From Octopus sinensis (Eukaryota), in NCBI RefSeq assembly GCF_006345805.1, contig NC_043016.1, positions 744,001 through 808,000 on the forward strand: a stretch of 64,000 nucleotides of DNA. Reading direction: 5' to 3'. The notes under the pieces were generated by a model that was not told the DNA's origin, did no database searches, and saw nothing but the letters and a program-made list of their open reading frames with translations. Of the stretch, positions 52,340 through 64,000 are shown one piece after another. Numbering within the stretch: position 1 is the first letter of the stretch; every line of letters begins with the position of its first letter. Position numbers and translations under genes: made by a program.

Positions 52340-53845
52340 GTTGAACTGGAATATAAACGAAATAAGGAAGATTGACAGGAATATCCGTAAGCTGCACCAC
52401 CCAAAGACAGACGCAGATTGCCCTTACCTACCCAGAGCTCAAGGAGATTGAGGCTTGATCCAATTTTAAATCCTTTACTAAACCAACACAAAATATATTG
52501 AAACATCTAACGACTAGACGCTAAAGCTCATTAAAAACTACAAAAGACGTTAGAAGCTTCATTCGGTTATGAAGGAGAGCAAAAACGTTTCAAGTGAGTT
52601 TATGCATAATACCCAGGTTGAAGAGCATGATGGAAGTGCGGCAACTGTAGTTGCAAAGGTGAATACAATAGCAAAGCAAAATGTGCTTGAATAATTGGCT
52701 GATAGATAGGAACAAAAACATCTGATGGCAAATATGTGGCCTGTAACAAGCAAGCTGATGTAGTCTTGCAGCACACCCATCAGTGGCTACCGAGCTCTGT
52801 GTCAAAGGCAGAGAGTGAAGGCTTTATCTTGGCTGCTCAAGATCAGAACTTATTGACCCTGAACTATCAAGCCAATGTGATGATACTGCAACGATAGGGT
52901 TGAAACACTTTCAGCACCTGTAGAGTACAAATCAAGACATGACAGAGTTGGCCTATATCTACATTGGTTAAAGTGTCGGCATCATAAAATCAAAACTGCT
53001 GACAAATTGTCTAAGCACCACCCCGAGGCTGTAACTTAGGGAGAAAATGTAACGATTCTTTGGGACTTCCCAGTATGTACAGACCGGACCATCAAAGCAA
53101 ACAAACCAGATATTGTTGTGAAATACCAAAACAATGAAGTCTGTTTATTAGTTGACATGAGCATACACTATGACCATAATATCTCGGTAAAATAATTCGA
53201 TAAGCTCAGAAAAGGTAAAGATTTGCTAATCGAAATCGAAAAGATGTGGCATCGCAAGATGGTCACAGTACTAATAATTGCAAGAGCACTTGGCTTAGCA
53301 CCGATACAGGAAGTGCAAAAGATTGCATTAACTGGTACGTCACGCGTACTGAGAAGAGCATTGAGGTTGTGAATTTTCTTTCCCGTTTTCCGCTTTTATT
53401 TTCTTTGTTTACTTTTATATTTTTGTAGTTTTTCCGTTTTCTTTCTGTCTTTATTCCTCATTTTCTCTATCACATGACTTTGTAAATGAAGAATTCGGTG
53501 TGTTTATTTTAATGGCCTGCCAACCCAACATATACAACGCGTTTCTCTGTCCTAGGTGTCAGGAAGACACTCGGCAAGAAATAGAAACAGAATTGAAAGA
53601 AAATGACAATGAAATATAATAAATAGAGAAGAAGAGAAGAAGAAGAAGAAAAGAGAAGAAGAAGAAGAAAAAGAAGAAGAAGAAAAAGAAGAAAAGAAGA
53701 AGAAGAAGAAAAAGAACAGAAGAAGAAGAGAAGATAGAGAAGAAGAAGAAGAGAAGAACCCAAAGAAGAAGAAGAAGAAGAAGAAGAAGAAGAAGAAGAA
53801 GAAGAAGAAGAAGAAGAAGAAGAAGAAGAAGAAGAAGAAGAATAA
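52340..53845 (+). mobile_element. R4/Dong-like LINE 3' region, 3' UTR and (AAG)n tail
   Basis: LHHPKTDAD, ESEGFILAAQDQ, YKSRHDRV, ILWDFPVCTDRTIKANKPDIVV, EIEKMW and VQKIALTGTSRVLRRAL. The tail runs about 53625-53842. Confidence 0.9.
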
Positions 53846-54605
53846 AGCCCATTATAAAAATAAAACTGCTGAGGATAATAATAATAATAGTAATAATACG
53901 TCTGACAAAATTTTTGAGACCCTAAGGCAAGGATACATTTTAACAATGAACCAAAAATTCCTCTTATAATTAAAGGCTTTTCAAAGACACTCAGTAAACT
54001 ATTTTATATCTTATAGTTATAAGTATGACAAACAACCTATCAACTATAAACGATGGAAATATACTTAGAATTTGTTCATGAATTAAACTAAGATACATAC
54101 AAGAGCATGCGATGAAACCAATGTGGAAAAGCTACAGTAAATAGCAAAAGGATTATTATACAGAAGCTAATAAATAAAATCCAGACATTGAAATCAGAGA
54201 ATTAGAACAGAGACACCCAAAGAAGTAGGTAAAACTGATAAAGTACAAAACACGGAAACGAAGTAGAAATTAACAAAAGATTTTGATTAATATTAAATGT
54301 GGAACACAATGTTAGAAATCAGATAATACATTATAAGATTATAGCTTTCATAAACATATTAGCCTTCTCAATGATTCAATTACAAATTCGACATAATAAA
54401 CGGATAATTAAATGAATTGAAGAAGATATTTATGGGAAAAGAAAGCTGCAAACACAGGTAACAGCGTTCTGAAACCACGGCCTTAATGCCTACATAGACA
54501 GGATATAAGCTATCCCCCCTTACACAGAGGACTGAACATAGTATAAATAGTAATTTACTACAATCCAACAACTGTGAGACTAGAAAATAGAGAAACTGAT
54601 TATAT

Positions 54606-54946
54606 TTTATCTTTTACTTGTTTCAGTCTTTTGAATGCGGCTATGCTACGCTACCACCTTGAATGGTTTTAGTCGAACAAATCGACCCCAGGACGTAGTC
54701 TTTAAAGTCTCGTACTTATTCTATCGGTCTTATTTTGCCGAACAGTTAAGTTACGGGGGCGTAAGCACACCAACATCGGTCGCCAAGCCGTGATGCAGAA
54801 CATATGCAGATACAAGGACACAAACATAAAACACACACATACTTACGACGGAATTCTTTCAGTTTCCGTCTACAAAATCTACTCACAAAGCTATGGTCGA
54901 CCCGTGGCCATAGTAGAAAAAACTCTCCCAAGGTGCCACGCAGTGA
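54606..54946 (-). mobile_element. SINE family B, 5' truncated
   Basis: Reverse complement of family B tail and core. Confidence 0.8.
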
Positions 54947-55039
54947 GCAGCAAGCTTGGGAATTAAGCTTCTAATTTTCATCACATTGGCCATAAGGCCT
55001 CACACAGAGAAAGGAAGCTGCGGGCTAGACGTAGACATA

Positions 55040-55490
55040 ATGTTATATGAAATGAAAATGAAAATGATGATTAATGGGAGAAAAAAACGATGCCCGCCGA
55101 TCGATTTTTCCCGAGGACATTGATATCTTGTATATTGTTCATGAGGTAACAAACCTCTACACTGTTCGCAATATTCAATAACAAAAGGAACTTTCAATAA
55201 AACTGAGGCTTTTCACCCTCTTATCCTTAACATCGCTTGTGTCCTCATCCTCCGCCATCCCCCACGCGGGTGCAAATTTGTGAACCTCTTCACACCGTTG
55301 TGTTTTTGACACCCCTGGAAATGAGTGTAACTGTTGGCAAATACTATGCCAACTCATTTTCAATTACAGTCTTTTCGAATAGGGCGATAGGTCCACAACA
55401 CCACAGTCCTATCTTGACGGTCCTTCAATAACTGTTTGGGTGGTATTATTTCCCACTCCAAAACATTGTCTTTTCTTCATTGCCATGCTT
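55040..55490 (-). pseudogene. Probable third L1/Tx1-like ORF1 remnant
   Basis: FEKTVIENELA*YLPTVTLISRGVKNTTV aligns with the other two ORF1 copies. The downstream CEQCRGLLPH...QCP is knuckle-like. Confidence 0.4.
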
Positions 55491-55804
55491 TTTTTAAACA
55501 GTTTGAAAATAGTTCAAAATAAAACCTAAAAAGAGAGAATAAAAAACAAATCAAAAGAAAGTCGCAATTAAATGGGGAGAAGAAAAGGAAAGCAATTCAC
55601 GAAAAATGAAAGGCAAAAAAGTTTAGAAGTCTTCTGGTCAATAGGTACTCCCGGCCAAGGTTGAACCCGGAACACAACTTCCATAAAAACTGGTATACAA
55701 GTCGTTCAATCTTCGGAGGCAAGGCACTCCCTCAAAACAGCATTTCTCACAATTATTTTTAAAATTCGCAAAAAGTGAACAAACTTTTAGTAGGCACAAT
55801 ACCA

Positions 55805-56027
55805 TTCGTTATTCATGGATGATCTCAAACTTTATGGTAAAGATGAAGCCTCGTTGATGCGATATATACCTTCAGCGCTGATATCAGAATGGAGTTCAGA
55901 CTGAAAAAGAGTAGTGTATTAGTCTTGAAGAGAGCCAAAATCAAATGTTGGGACGGTCTAACGATACCGTCTACAATAATTTATAGTTTTATATTTAAGA
56001 GATGAGAAATATTTAGGAGATGAAGAA

Positions 56028-56030
<3 letters not shown>
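55805..56030 (+). mobile_element. R4-like RT catalytic fragment followed by (ATT)n
   Basis: FMDDLKLYGKDE...FSADIRMEFRLKKSSVLVLKR. Confidence 0.8.
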
Positions 56031-56372
<342 letters not shown>

Positions 56373-56589
56373 CAACAATTTATCTACAGATAAAACTAGA
56401 GACAGATACAGAGGAGCGCTTATAAACTTAGTTTTCTTAATGACCAAACTACCACTACCACAATTTGTTCTTCCTAAAGAGAACAATGTGTATCAATAAC
56501 AGCACCTTTCATTTTGAAAATTTTCAGCAATTTTTCTTTGAGACTTTGTCGTAATTGCAAGAGAAAAGTGGTAAAATTTAAGTACTCTG

Positions 56590-56970
56590 AAGCCCATGCA
56601 ATGCTTTTTGACTGGTATTTCATTTTATCAACCCTGATAGAAAAAAAGGCTGAGTCATCTTCGGCAGAATTTGAACTATGAACATAAAGTGACGGAACAC
56701 ATATCTATCTCTTTGCTACCCAAAAGGGGCTAAACAGAGAAAGGACAAACAAGGACAGACATACGGATTAAATCGATTATATCAACCCCAGTGCTTAACT
56801 GGTACTTATTTAATCGACCCCGAAAGGATGAAAGGCAAAGTCGACTTCGGCGGAATTTGAACTCAGAACATAACGGCAGATGAAATACCGCTAAGCATTT
56901 TGCCCAGCGTGACGGAACACATACTGTAAGTCATTTATTCTAACGTTCTAACATTTCTTCCAGCTTTGTA
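56590..56970 (-). mobile_element. Young long-tailed SINE A (56704-56908) nested in an old SINE A
   Basis: Perfect 15-bp TSD GTGACGGAACACATA at 56689-56703 and 56909-56923. Confidence 0.8.
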
Positions 56971-58078
56971 TATAATTTGGGCACAAAGCCAGCAATGTTG
57001 AATGTAAAGGCAAGTCGATTAGAAAGGCTTCTGTACTTGACTATTACTTATTTTATTGACCTCGATATGATGAAAAACAAATCTTCCGACTATTTACGTT
57101 CTTAGTTCAAATCCTCCGATGGGATTTGAACTCAGAATGTAAAGAGGCAAAAGAAATGCTACTAAGCATTTGACTCCGGATTGCAATAGATTTTACCTTC
57201 TTCATTTACTCCTCACTACCACTGCATTGGTTGAAGTAGTTTATAGACCAGTTGCAGTTTCCTGGTTTTGTATGGAATTCTCTTTCCGTTTCCTTCATTA
57301 ATATCCAGTTTATTATGGAGAACATATGACAATTGGAGCAGTAGAAGCTTTAGAATTGGTTTTACTTCTCATTAATCACATGTTAAATACTAACATCATT
57401 TAGCAGTACGGTCATATTCTGGTACATCTAAATAAAATGTGAAGTTCCTTCCGGTTAACTTCCCGTTTAGTCTCAAATACTTCGAATTATGAATCTTTTA
57501 AATTTCAGATACTCCACCACCCACGCTATCTTTTTCCTCTTTTGGAATACAACGCTCTTTGGTTTATGCCATCATTTAGGTATCTTTAAATCTCTTTGCA
57601 TTCTTTGCAGTTTTTTGTAATATGCCACGTTTTGGTAAATGTCAGTTCTAGCAATTCGTTCTACCTTTTGGTAGATTTTGCTTCCTGCTAGACGTCACTT
57701 TTTGATACACTCTACTTTTTAATATATGCTAATTTTTGGTGCATTCCGTCTTATCCACAAGTAATATCAAAGCTTATGCTATAAGCACCATTCTAGATTT
57801 TAGAATATGTCGCTTTTAACTATACAATCCATTGGGATACTCGCTCTTTGAAGCACTAATTCTTTGTGACATTTCCAATGTAATATTGGAAATTTAAAGT
57901 CATCCATACAAAAGAAGTGATTGCTATTTCTTCGTTTCTAAGTTGTAGCCATAGAGTAGTGTTATTGTTATTGTTGTTGTTGTTAACATTATTATTATCA
58001 TATCTGTTTTCATTAATGGTTGTCGTAGCAGTAGCAATAATAAAGTAGCAACAATAGTTATGATTGTGGTGATGATGG

Positions 58079-58079
<1 letters not shown>

Positions 58080-58132
<53 letters not shown>

Positions 58133-58263
58133 CACTACTGCTGCTACTACTACTACTACTACCTCTACTACTACTACTACTATTAATACTACTACTACTA
58201 CTACTTCTACTACTACTAATACTACTAATACTACTAATATTACTACTACTACTAGTGCTGCTG

Positions 58264-58296
<33 letters not shown>

Positions 58297-58417
58297 CTCT
58301 TAGGAGAGGGTAGTCATGATGTGTATATTGGGCTTCGTACATTTGCACTCCAGCGTCATTTTGATGATGTGTTCTGCTCTCTCAGTCAATAACAACAACA
58401 ACAACAACAACAACAAC

Positions 58418-58463
<46 letters not shown>
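58080..58463. repeat. (ACT)n and (AAC)n/(AAT)n arrays
   Basis: Directly visible; source of the poly-L and poly-V pseudo-ORFs. Confidence 0.95.
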
Positions 58464-58465
<2 letters not shown>

Positions 58466-58770
58466 GAATGTATTAACTGGTGCGTCACGCGTACTGACAA
58501 GGGCATTGTCACTTTGAATTTTTTTCCTTTTCCCCCAATATTTTTTGTTTAATTTTTATTTTTTATATTTATTTTGTTCGCTCTGTCTACTTCCCCTTTT
58601 CTCTATCACATGGCTCTGTAAATGATTAATCTGAGGGTGCTTATTTTGCTGGATTACCAATGTATATACAGTACGTTTCTCTGCCCAAGGTGTCAGGAAG
58701 ATGCTTGGCAAGAAATGGAAACATAACTGAAAGAAGATGATAATGAAATTGATAATAATTATAGGGACTG
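58464..58770 (+). mobile_element. R4-like 3' end, same family as the 3' UTR at 53320-53625
   Basis: gtattaactggtgcgtcacgcgtactg...ggtgtcaggaagatgcttggcaagaaatggaaac. It begins immediately after the (AAT)n array. Confidence 0.8.
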
Positions 58771-59133
58771 GAAATGATGAAAGGTCATGCAAACAAATAC
58801 AGAACTCTAACACCAGGACTTACAAATGTAACACACTGTAAACAGCACCTGCAGGCATTGCACGTGTATCTGAACGCATTCGATACAGGAAACTAAATTA
58901 CAAAAATACTGCACGTCCGCCAGACATAGAGCTGCTTGCAATAGTGCAGTGAAAGTAAGTAATAGAATAGAATTAAGAATAATTACATTTGCAAGACAAT
59001 ATTATAAATGTGTTTGTTTGTATTGTGATGTCTATGTTTAACATTGTTTTATTCTGTAAAATATTTTGATTTTTGTAAACGGATGTTTTGTAAGCACAAC
59101 AATCGAACGCGTGTCATGAAGAACAAAATAATT

Positions 59134-59568
59134 GGATCTTTTTGGTTTGAACGGCAGTTTCTTTTTTAGCTGTGTCATATGAAATTGACACCCATAATTA
59201 TGACCCTAGTATCGATCTATTGCATTTCAATCTGTTTTAGGGTTAGGGTTAGAGTTAGGGTTAGGGTTAGGAGTGGGGGGAATGGTATATTTTTTTCTTC
59301 AGAAATGTAAATAAACCCAATCTGTTTCTTAAACGAGGGACATATTCATACGGCACAGAATGTTTTCACCTCAATAGACATCATTGATTGGTTGAAATTG
59401 CAGAAATTGAAGAAAAAACAACAAATATCTTACAGACTATAGAATTTTCTCAATAAAGCCAGGAGAAAAAGATGTTTTAGAACCTCATTCTACCAGTATA
59501 CGAAGTTTAAAAGTGTTTAGCTACGTCGAAATTATTTTAAAAAACTGCCGGTCAAACCGAAAAGATCC
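59134..59568. mobile_element. MITE with ~27-bp TIRs, 8-bp TSD and internal telomeric repeats
   Basis: TIRs GGATCTTTTTGGTTTGAACGGCAGTTT and AAACTGCCGGTCAAACCGAAAAGATCC. TSD AAATAATT/AAACAATT. Six TTAGGG-like units at 59237-59272. Confidence 0.85.
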
Positions 59569-59789
59569 AAACAATTAATTTATATACTGGCAGAATAGTT
59601 TGCACATCGGAGAAATTGCTTAGTATCATGCTTAGTTCAAAGCTTGCCTTTCCCCCTTTCGGTGTTTATAACATAAGTAGCAGCCAAGCATCGGGATCGA
59701 CGTAATCGATTTGCCCACCCTACAAAATTCTTGACTTTGTACAAAAATTAGAAAAATTGTCGATATTACTTTGTGGTGTACCCATTCAT

Positions 59790-60190
59790 GCTCTTTTTCA
59801 ATGAAGGTGTATGCATGTTGATGTTCAAGATCTGGTAACGGAGTGGTAGCGTTTGTTTTACAAAGGCTTTGATCTCGAGTTACAGACGATTATTTCGGAC
59901 TTGAATGGTAAGATTGTCGAGTTGAAAGTGAGCAACAGTAAGAGCCGTAACTTCAGCCAAAGTTAAGACAATGCAATATTTTCAGCTTAGATTGTCTTCA
60001 GACGACTGAAGGCGTTTCAGGAATTATTTTCTAGCCCTTGTGAGAGACTGGAATGACATTTTAAACACTTGAAAGGAATAAGGTCGAGTCGTTCCTGGCC
60101 TACTCCCCTCAGTCAAGTATCCAGATTGTCCTTGCAGTTTCGGGCAGTTAAACTTAAGCCTGTTCAAATCTGGTTGTCACAAAAAAGTCT
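59790..60190 (+). pseudogene. Decayed L1/Tx1-like APE endonuclease fragment
   Basis: FYKGFDLELQTIISDLNGKIVELKV...LALVRDWNDIL (cf. GDWNAIL). Confidence 0.6.
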
Positions 60191-61759
60191 AAGCTAAGAA
60201 CATCATATTTGTGAGAAAGGAAGGGAATGTGTACAACAAAGACTAAAAGAGGAGAACATGTTTCACAATTACAAATATAAGCAACAAGAAAATAACAACA
60301 GGTGTCTTTCGAATAATAAAGACAAGTCAAATTGAACTGACGAGTATAGAGTGTAAGACTTGAGGCAGGAACATATCAGATGGACATAAGAGATGTTTTG
60401 CAGCCAAGAAAGAAAGATCATGCCTGGTCGAACACTTGACACATGGAAGAAGAAGAAAGAGATTGGGGGTAGAGGGATTGAAGGATTAGAGAAAGAACGA
60501 GTAAGAGAGAAAATCAACGGGACGAAGAGAAAGGTATAAGGGAGATAAACGGGGAAATGTAGGAATTAAAGAAATGACCACGAATGTGGGAGAGGGGGAG
60601 CGAGAAAAAGAAAAGAAGACAGAAGGAAGAAGAAAGGATGAGGTGAGCTAAAAGACAGAATAAAAGAATGTTACAAATTTAGATACATACTTACATACAA
60701 GGTGAGCAAAAGTGTACGTACGCCGCTATTTTAATAATACTAAAACACTTGATGCTTGTTTGTACCCGAAAAATCTCAGAAATAGTATATTTTATCCTTT
60801 TTTTGTTTACATATATAATTTGATACTTACTTAAGGCAGTGCAGTATGAATATTTGTGATATTTGGACCTCCATTTATTGATGAAAACGATTAAACACAA
60901 TTTTTACTTGTTATTTCTTGACAAAAAAACATGGATTCTGTGATGTCAACACACATACACACATACAGAATACACACAGATATAATGAATGTCATGGCGT
61001 GTGAATCAACACAAATACACGTATGCTATCTGTCACATAAACACACACACACACACAAAATCTTCGCGCTCTCTCTCCCTCTCTCTATCACTTTAAGAAA
61101 AAAGCAACAGCGATAGAGAGAGAGAAAGGGAGAGGTCAAAAGAGAAAAATTGTGCGAGAGGGGATCGAGTTCAGTGGTAGTTGTGTAAGAGGAAGAGATA
61201 GATTAAAGGGAAAGGATGAGTGGGAAACACTATATGAAAGACGAACAATAGTAAGAGGTACAGTAATAAATGCAAATTGGAGGGGAGGAGGAGGATGTGA
61301 CGAGAGACGATAAAGAAGAGGAGAGGGAGAGGAGGCGATTGTTAAGTATAGCTTTTTGAAACATTTAAATCATGTTTGTATTTATTGAGACAGACGATCG
61401 CACGTGAGCTAGAAAAATGGGGAGGGAACGTTGATGGTGGAGGTGGTGGTAGTGGGAGTCGTGGTGATGATGGTGGAAGAGATGGTGGTAGTAGTGATTG
61501 TACTCACAATTTTCTTCGGACATTAAATTGATTACTATTGTTTACATAGTTCCAATTAAATGAGATTAGATGTTACGTTAAATATATATATATATATATA
61601 TATATACAGGCGCAAGTACCATGAATTCTCATTCTACAAACTGGCAAACGATTCCGTGAATACCTTACCGGACGACGCTGGGTAGTAAATCATGTATGTA
61701 TATATAAACATAAAAATGTAACAAAAACGCAATAGATGACAATAAAACATCCGGACGCA

Positions 61760-61960
61760 CACACACACACGCGCCCGCGTGTGTACCGTTGGCGATTTTT
61801 TTCCTCCGTCTTCCCTTCCTTGGATCTTTCCTTTACCGATGTTTCTGACGAAGAGCTCCGCTCGAAATGTTAAATCCTCCTTCTTTCTTTCCTTTCCTGA
61901 GCGTCCAATAACACTATACTTGTTCCACGTTCCACTTTGTGTTTTCATGTTTGGATTAAC
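61760..61960 (+). mobile_element. Hammerhead-bearing PLE-like terminal repeat ending in (TA)n
   Basis: GTTT-CTGACGA-A-GAGC(TCC)GCTC-GAAAT-GTT-AAAT at 61841-61875. Confidence 0.7.
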
Positions 61961-61974
61961 TATATATATATATA

Positions 61975-62200
61975 TAAGTTCAGCAAAAATTTAGATTCAA
62001 ATGAATATGGTACTTAATTTAGATGCACCAGAATTCTGTATCGTGTTATCCATAAAAATCCTTGGGTTGATTATAATCAAAACAAGCAACAAGAATGACT
62101 CTGGTAATTTGGTACGATCGTTTCGTACTACATCATTTTATTAAATGTTGTAAGTATTACAACAGTTATAAAATGCTGAATACTCATCAGCCAATTATAG
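61975..62200 (-). mobile_element. Long-stem-II hammerhead repeat, same family as 11485-11716
   Basis: Shares ataagttcagcaaaa...gattataatcaaaa.aagcaacaag with 11485-11615 and abuts (TA)n. Confidence 0.85.
62109..62194 (-). ncRNA. Type I hammerhead ribozyme, fully intact core
   Basis: TTGG-CTGATGA-[59-nt stem II: GTAT..CATTTTAT..TGTTGTAA tac TTACAACA..ATAAAATG..GTAC]-GAAA-C GATC G-TA-CCAA. G10.1-C11.1 pair present; cleavage triplet GUA. Confidence 0.85.
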
Positions 62201-62319
62201 AGGTTTTCCATTAATACAAAAATGTTTCTATCAAGTGGCAACATTCTCTATAATGAATCGCTAGAATTGACATTTACCAAAATGTGGCATATTACAAAAA
62301 ATTGCAAAGAATGCAAAGA

Positions 62320-63090
62320 GATTTAAAGATACCTAAATGATGGTATAAATGAAATGTTCGTATTGGAGCTTCCGGCGTGAATTCCAAGCAGTACAGCATG
62401 TCGTTCCAAATTCCTGGCAGACTGAATTGTGTCATGGTGCTGTCGGTAACATATCGTTCTCATCAAGAAATTTGCAGTTCTGGAATTCCTTCTGACAGTA
62501 ACTTCCACATTAATAGGAGGCCAAAAAATTGGCCTGTAATTGTCGGCAGCATTTCCTTTTGATGTATCCTTCACACTATTCGTCTTTTTGCTAATCAACC
62601 CGAGAATTTTTTTTGCTCCATCGATCAATATATAAAATTGCTCTGCGATAAATTCATGGCACCTACTGAACTTATTATTAAAAATCCCTGTGCACCATCG
62701 GATAAGCAATTGCTTATCTCTTTACTTATATTTCTAATATTGTCTTCTGTGAAGTGGATAGCCTTTCGCTGGGGATAAAAAAAACTGTTTACTTCAGACC
62801 GCAGAGCCATTCAGCTGTAGTATTATGTTGTTTTTGTTTACTCTATAACTTACGCCAGAACCGTCAACACCAGGAACTAATCTTTCACGTTCTAAGTCAT
62901 CATTAATTTCTTGATAAAATACTTTTTGTCTGATTTTAAGCAATTGCTTTTCCCGCTATCTTTTAATCCGTTGTTCAAACCTAGTGAGCTTTGCTTTCTT
63001 GGCAAGTATGCGCTGCTTCAGTTTTTCAATTACAACATTCAGGCCTTTTGTATCTGCACCATACTTTTGCAAGTTTTCAAATTAGCGCTC
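62320..63090 (-). mobile_element. R4-like LINE N-terminal/RT fragments
   Basis: KGLNVVIEKLKQRILAKKAKLTRFEQRI, ISNCLSDGAQGFLI and KDTSKGNAADNYRPI. Preceded on its own strand by (AAT)n/(AAG)n. Confidence 0.75.
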
Positions 63091-63091
63091 A

Positions 63092-63250
63092 TTCTTCTTC
63101 TTCTTCTTCTTCTTCTTCTTCTTCTTCTTCTTCTTCTTCTCTTCTTCTTCTTCTTCTTTTCTTCTTCTTTTCTTCTTCTTCTTCTCCTCCTCCTCCTTCT
63201 TCTTCTTCTTCTTCTTCTTTTTCTTCTTCGCATTATTATTATTAATAGTA

Positions 63251-63320
<70 letters not shown>

Positions 63321-63819
63321 TGAGTGAGAGAGCAACGTATGTCACCAAAGTGACACTGGGGCACAAATATACTCAGCCCATTATTATTGGTGGGTGTGTG
63401 GTAAGAAGCTTACTTCCCAATCACATGTATCTGTGCTCAGTCCCACCCCGTGGCACGTTGGGCAAGTGTCTTCTACTATAGCCTCGGGCCGACCACAGCC
63501 TTGTGGGTAGATTTGGTAGACGGAAACTGAAAGAAGCCCGTCGTATATATGTGTGTGTGTGTGTGTCTTTTGTATCTGTGTTTTTCCCCTTATAACTGCT
63601 TGACAACTGGTGCTGGTGTGTTTGCGTCCCCGTAATGTAGCGGTTCGGCAATAGAAACCGATAGAATAAGTACCGCGTCTTTAAAAAAATAGAATTACTA
63701 GGGACGATTCATTCCACAAAAAATTCAAGGCGGTGCCCTAGCATAGCCGCAGTCTAAAGACTGAAACATGTAAACGGTAAAAGATAGTTCTTCTTCTTCT
63801 TCTTCTTCTTCTTCTTCTT

Positions 63820-63850
<31 letters not shown>

Positions 63851-63884
63851 TTATTATTATTATTATTTATTATTATTATTATTA

Positions 63885-63917
<33 letters not shown>

Positions 63918-64000
63918 TGAGTGAGAGAGCAACGTATGTCACCAAAGTGACACTGGGGCACAAATATACTCAGCCCATTATTATGGTGGGTGTGTGGTAA
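63092..64000 (+). repeat. Tandem duplication (period about 597 bp) of (TTC)n-(ATT)n, a 60-bp unique segment and SINE family B
   Basis: ctgagtgagagagcaacgtatgtcaccaaagtgacactggggcacaaatatactcagccc is identical at 63320 and 63917. SINE B lies at 63389-63787 and starts again near 63985. Confidence 0.85.

Noticed and set aside
59237-59272. True telomere or chromosome fusion site
   Set aside because: Only six imperfect units, internal to a TIR/TSD-bounded element.

Overview
AT-rich animal genomic DNA made up almost entirely of repeats. The SINE families and the (TA)n/(ATAC)n/(AAT)n microsatellite load resemble an octopus (coleoid cephalopod) genome; this is recalled from memory, not searched. Nearly all ORFs in the supplied track are microsatellite or antisense artefacts. 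The identifiable content is decayed transposons: four L1/Tx1-like LINE pieces, at least six R4/Dong-like pieces clustered at 50-63 kb beside trinucleotide arrays, and three RTE-like pieces, two with triple C2H2 zinc-finger tails. There are also Penelope-like (PLE) RT and GIY-YIG fragments, a decayed Helitron Rep, a complete non-autonomous Helitron, a mariner 5' end, a TTAGGG-containing MITE, many tRNA-derived SINEs, a 21-bp minisatellite and one 100-N gap. Three frame-compatible exons at 13.8-15.8 kb suggest a + strand host gene of unrecognised product; further exons are speculative. The most striking signal is about 14 hammerhead-ribozyme-like motifs from several repeat families. Two have an intact catalytic core and a long branched stem II (22.9 kb and 62.1 kb). 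One family is a tRNA-headed SINE with an (AAT)n spacer and a hammerhead-bearing tail. Several occur as head-to-head inverted pairs.
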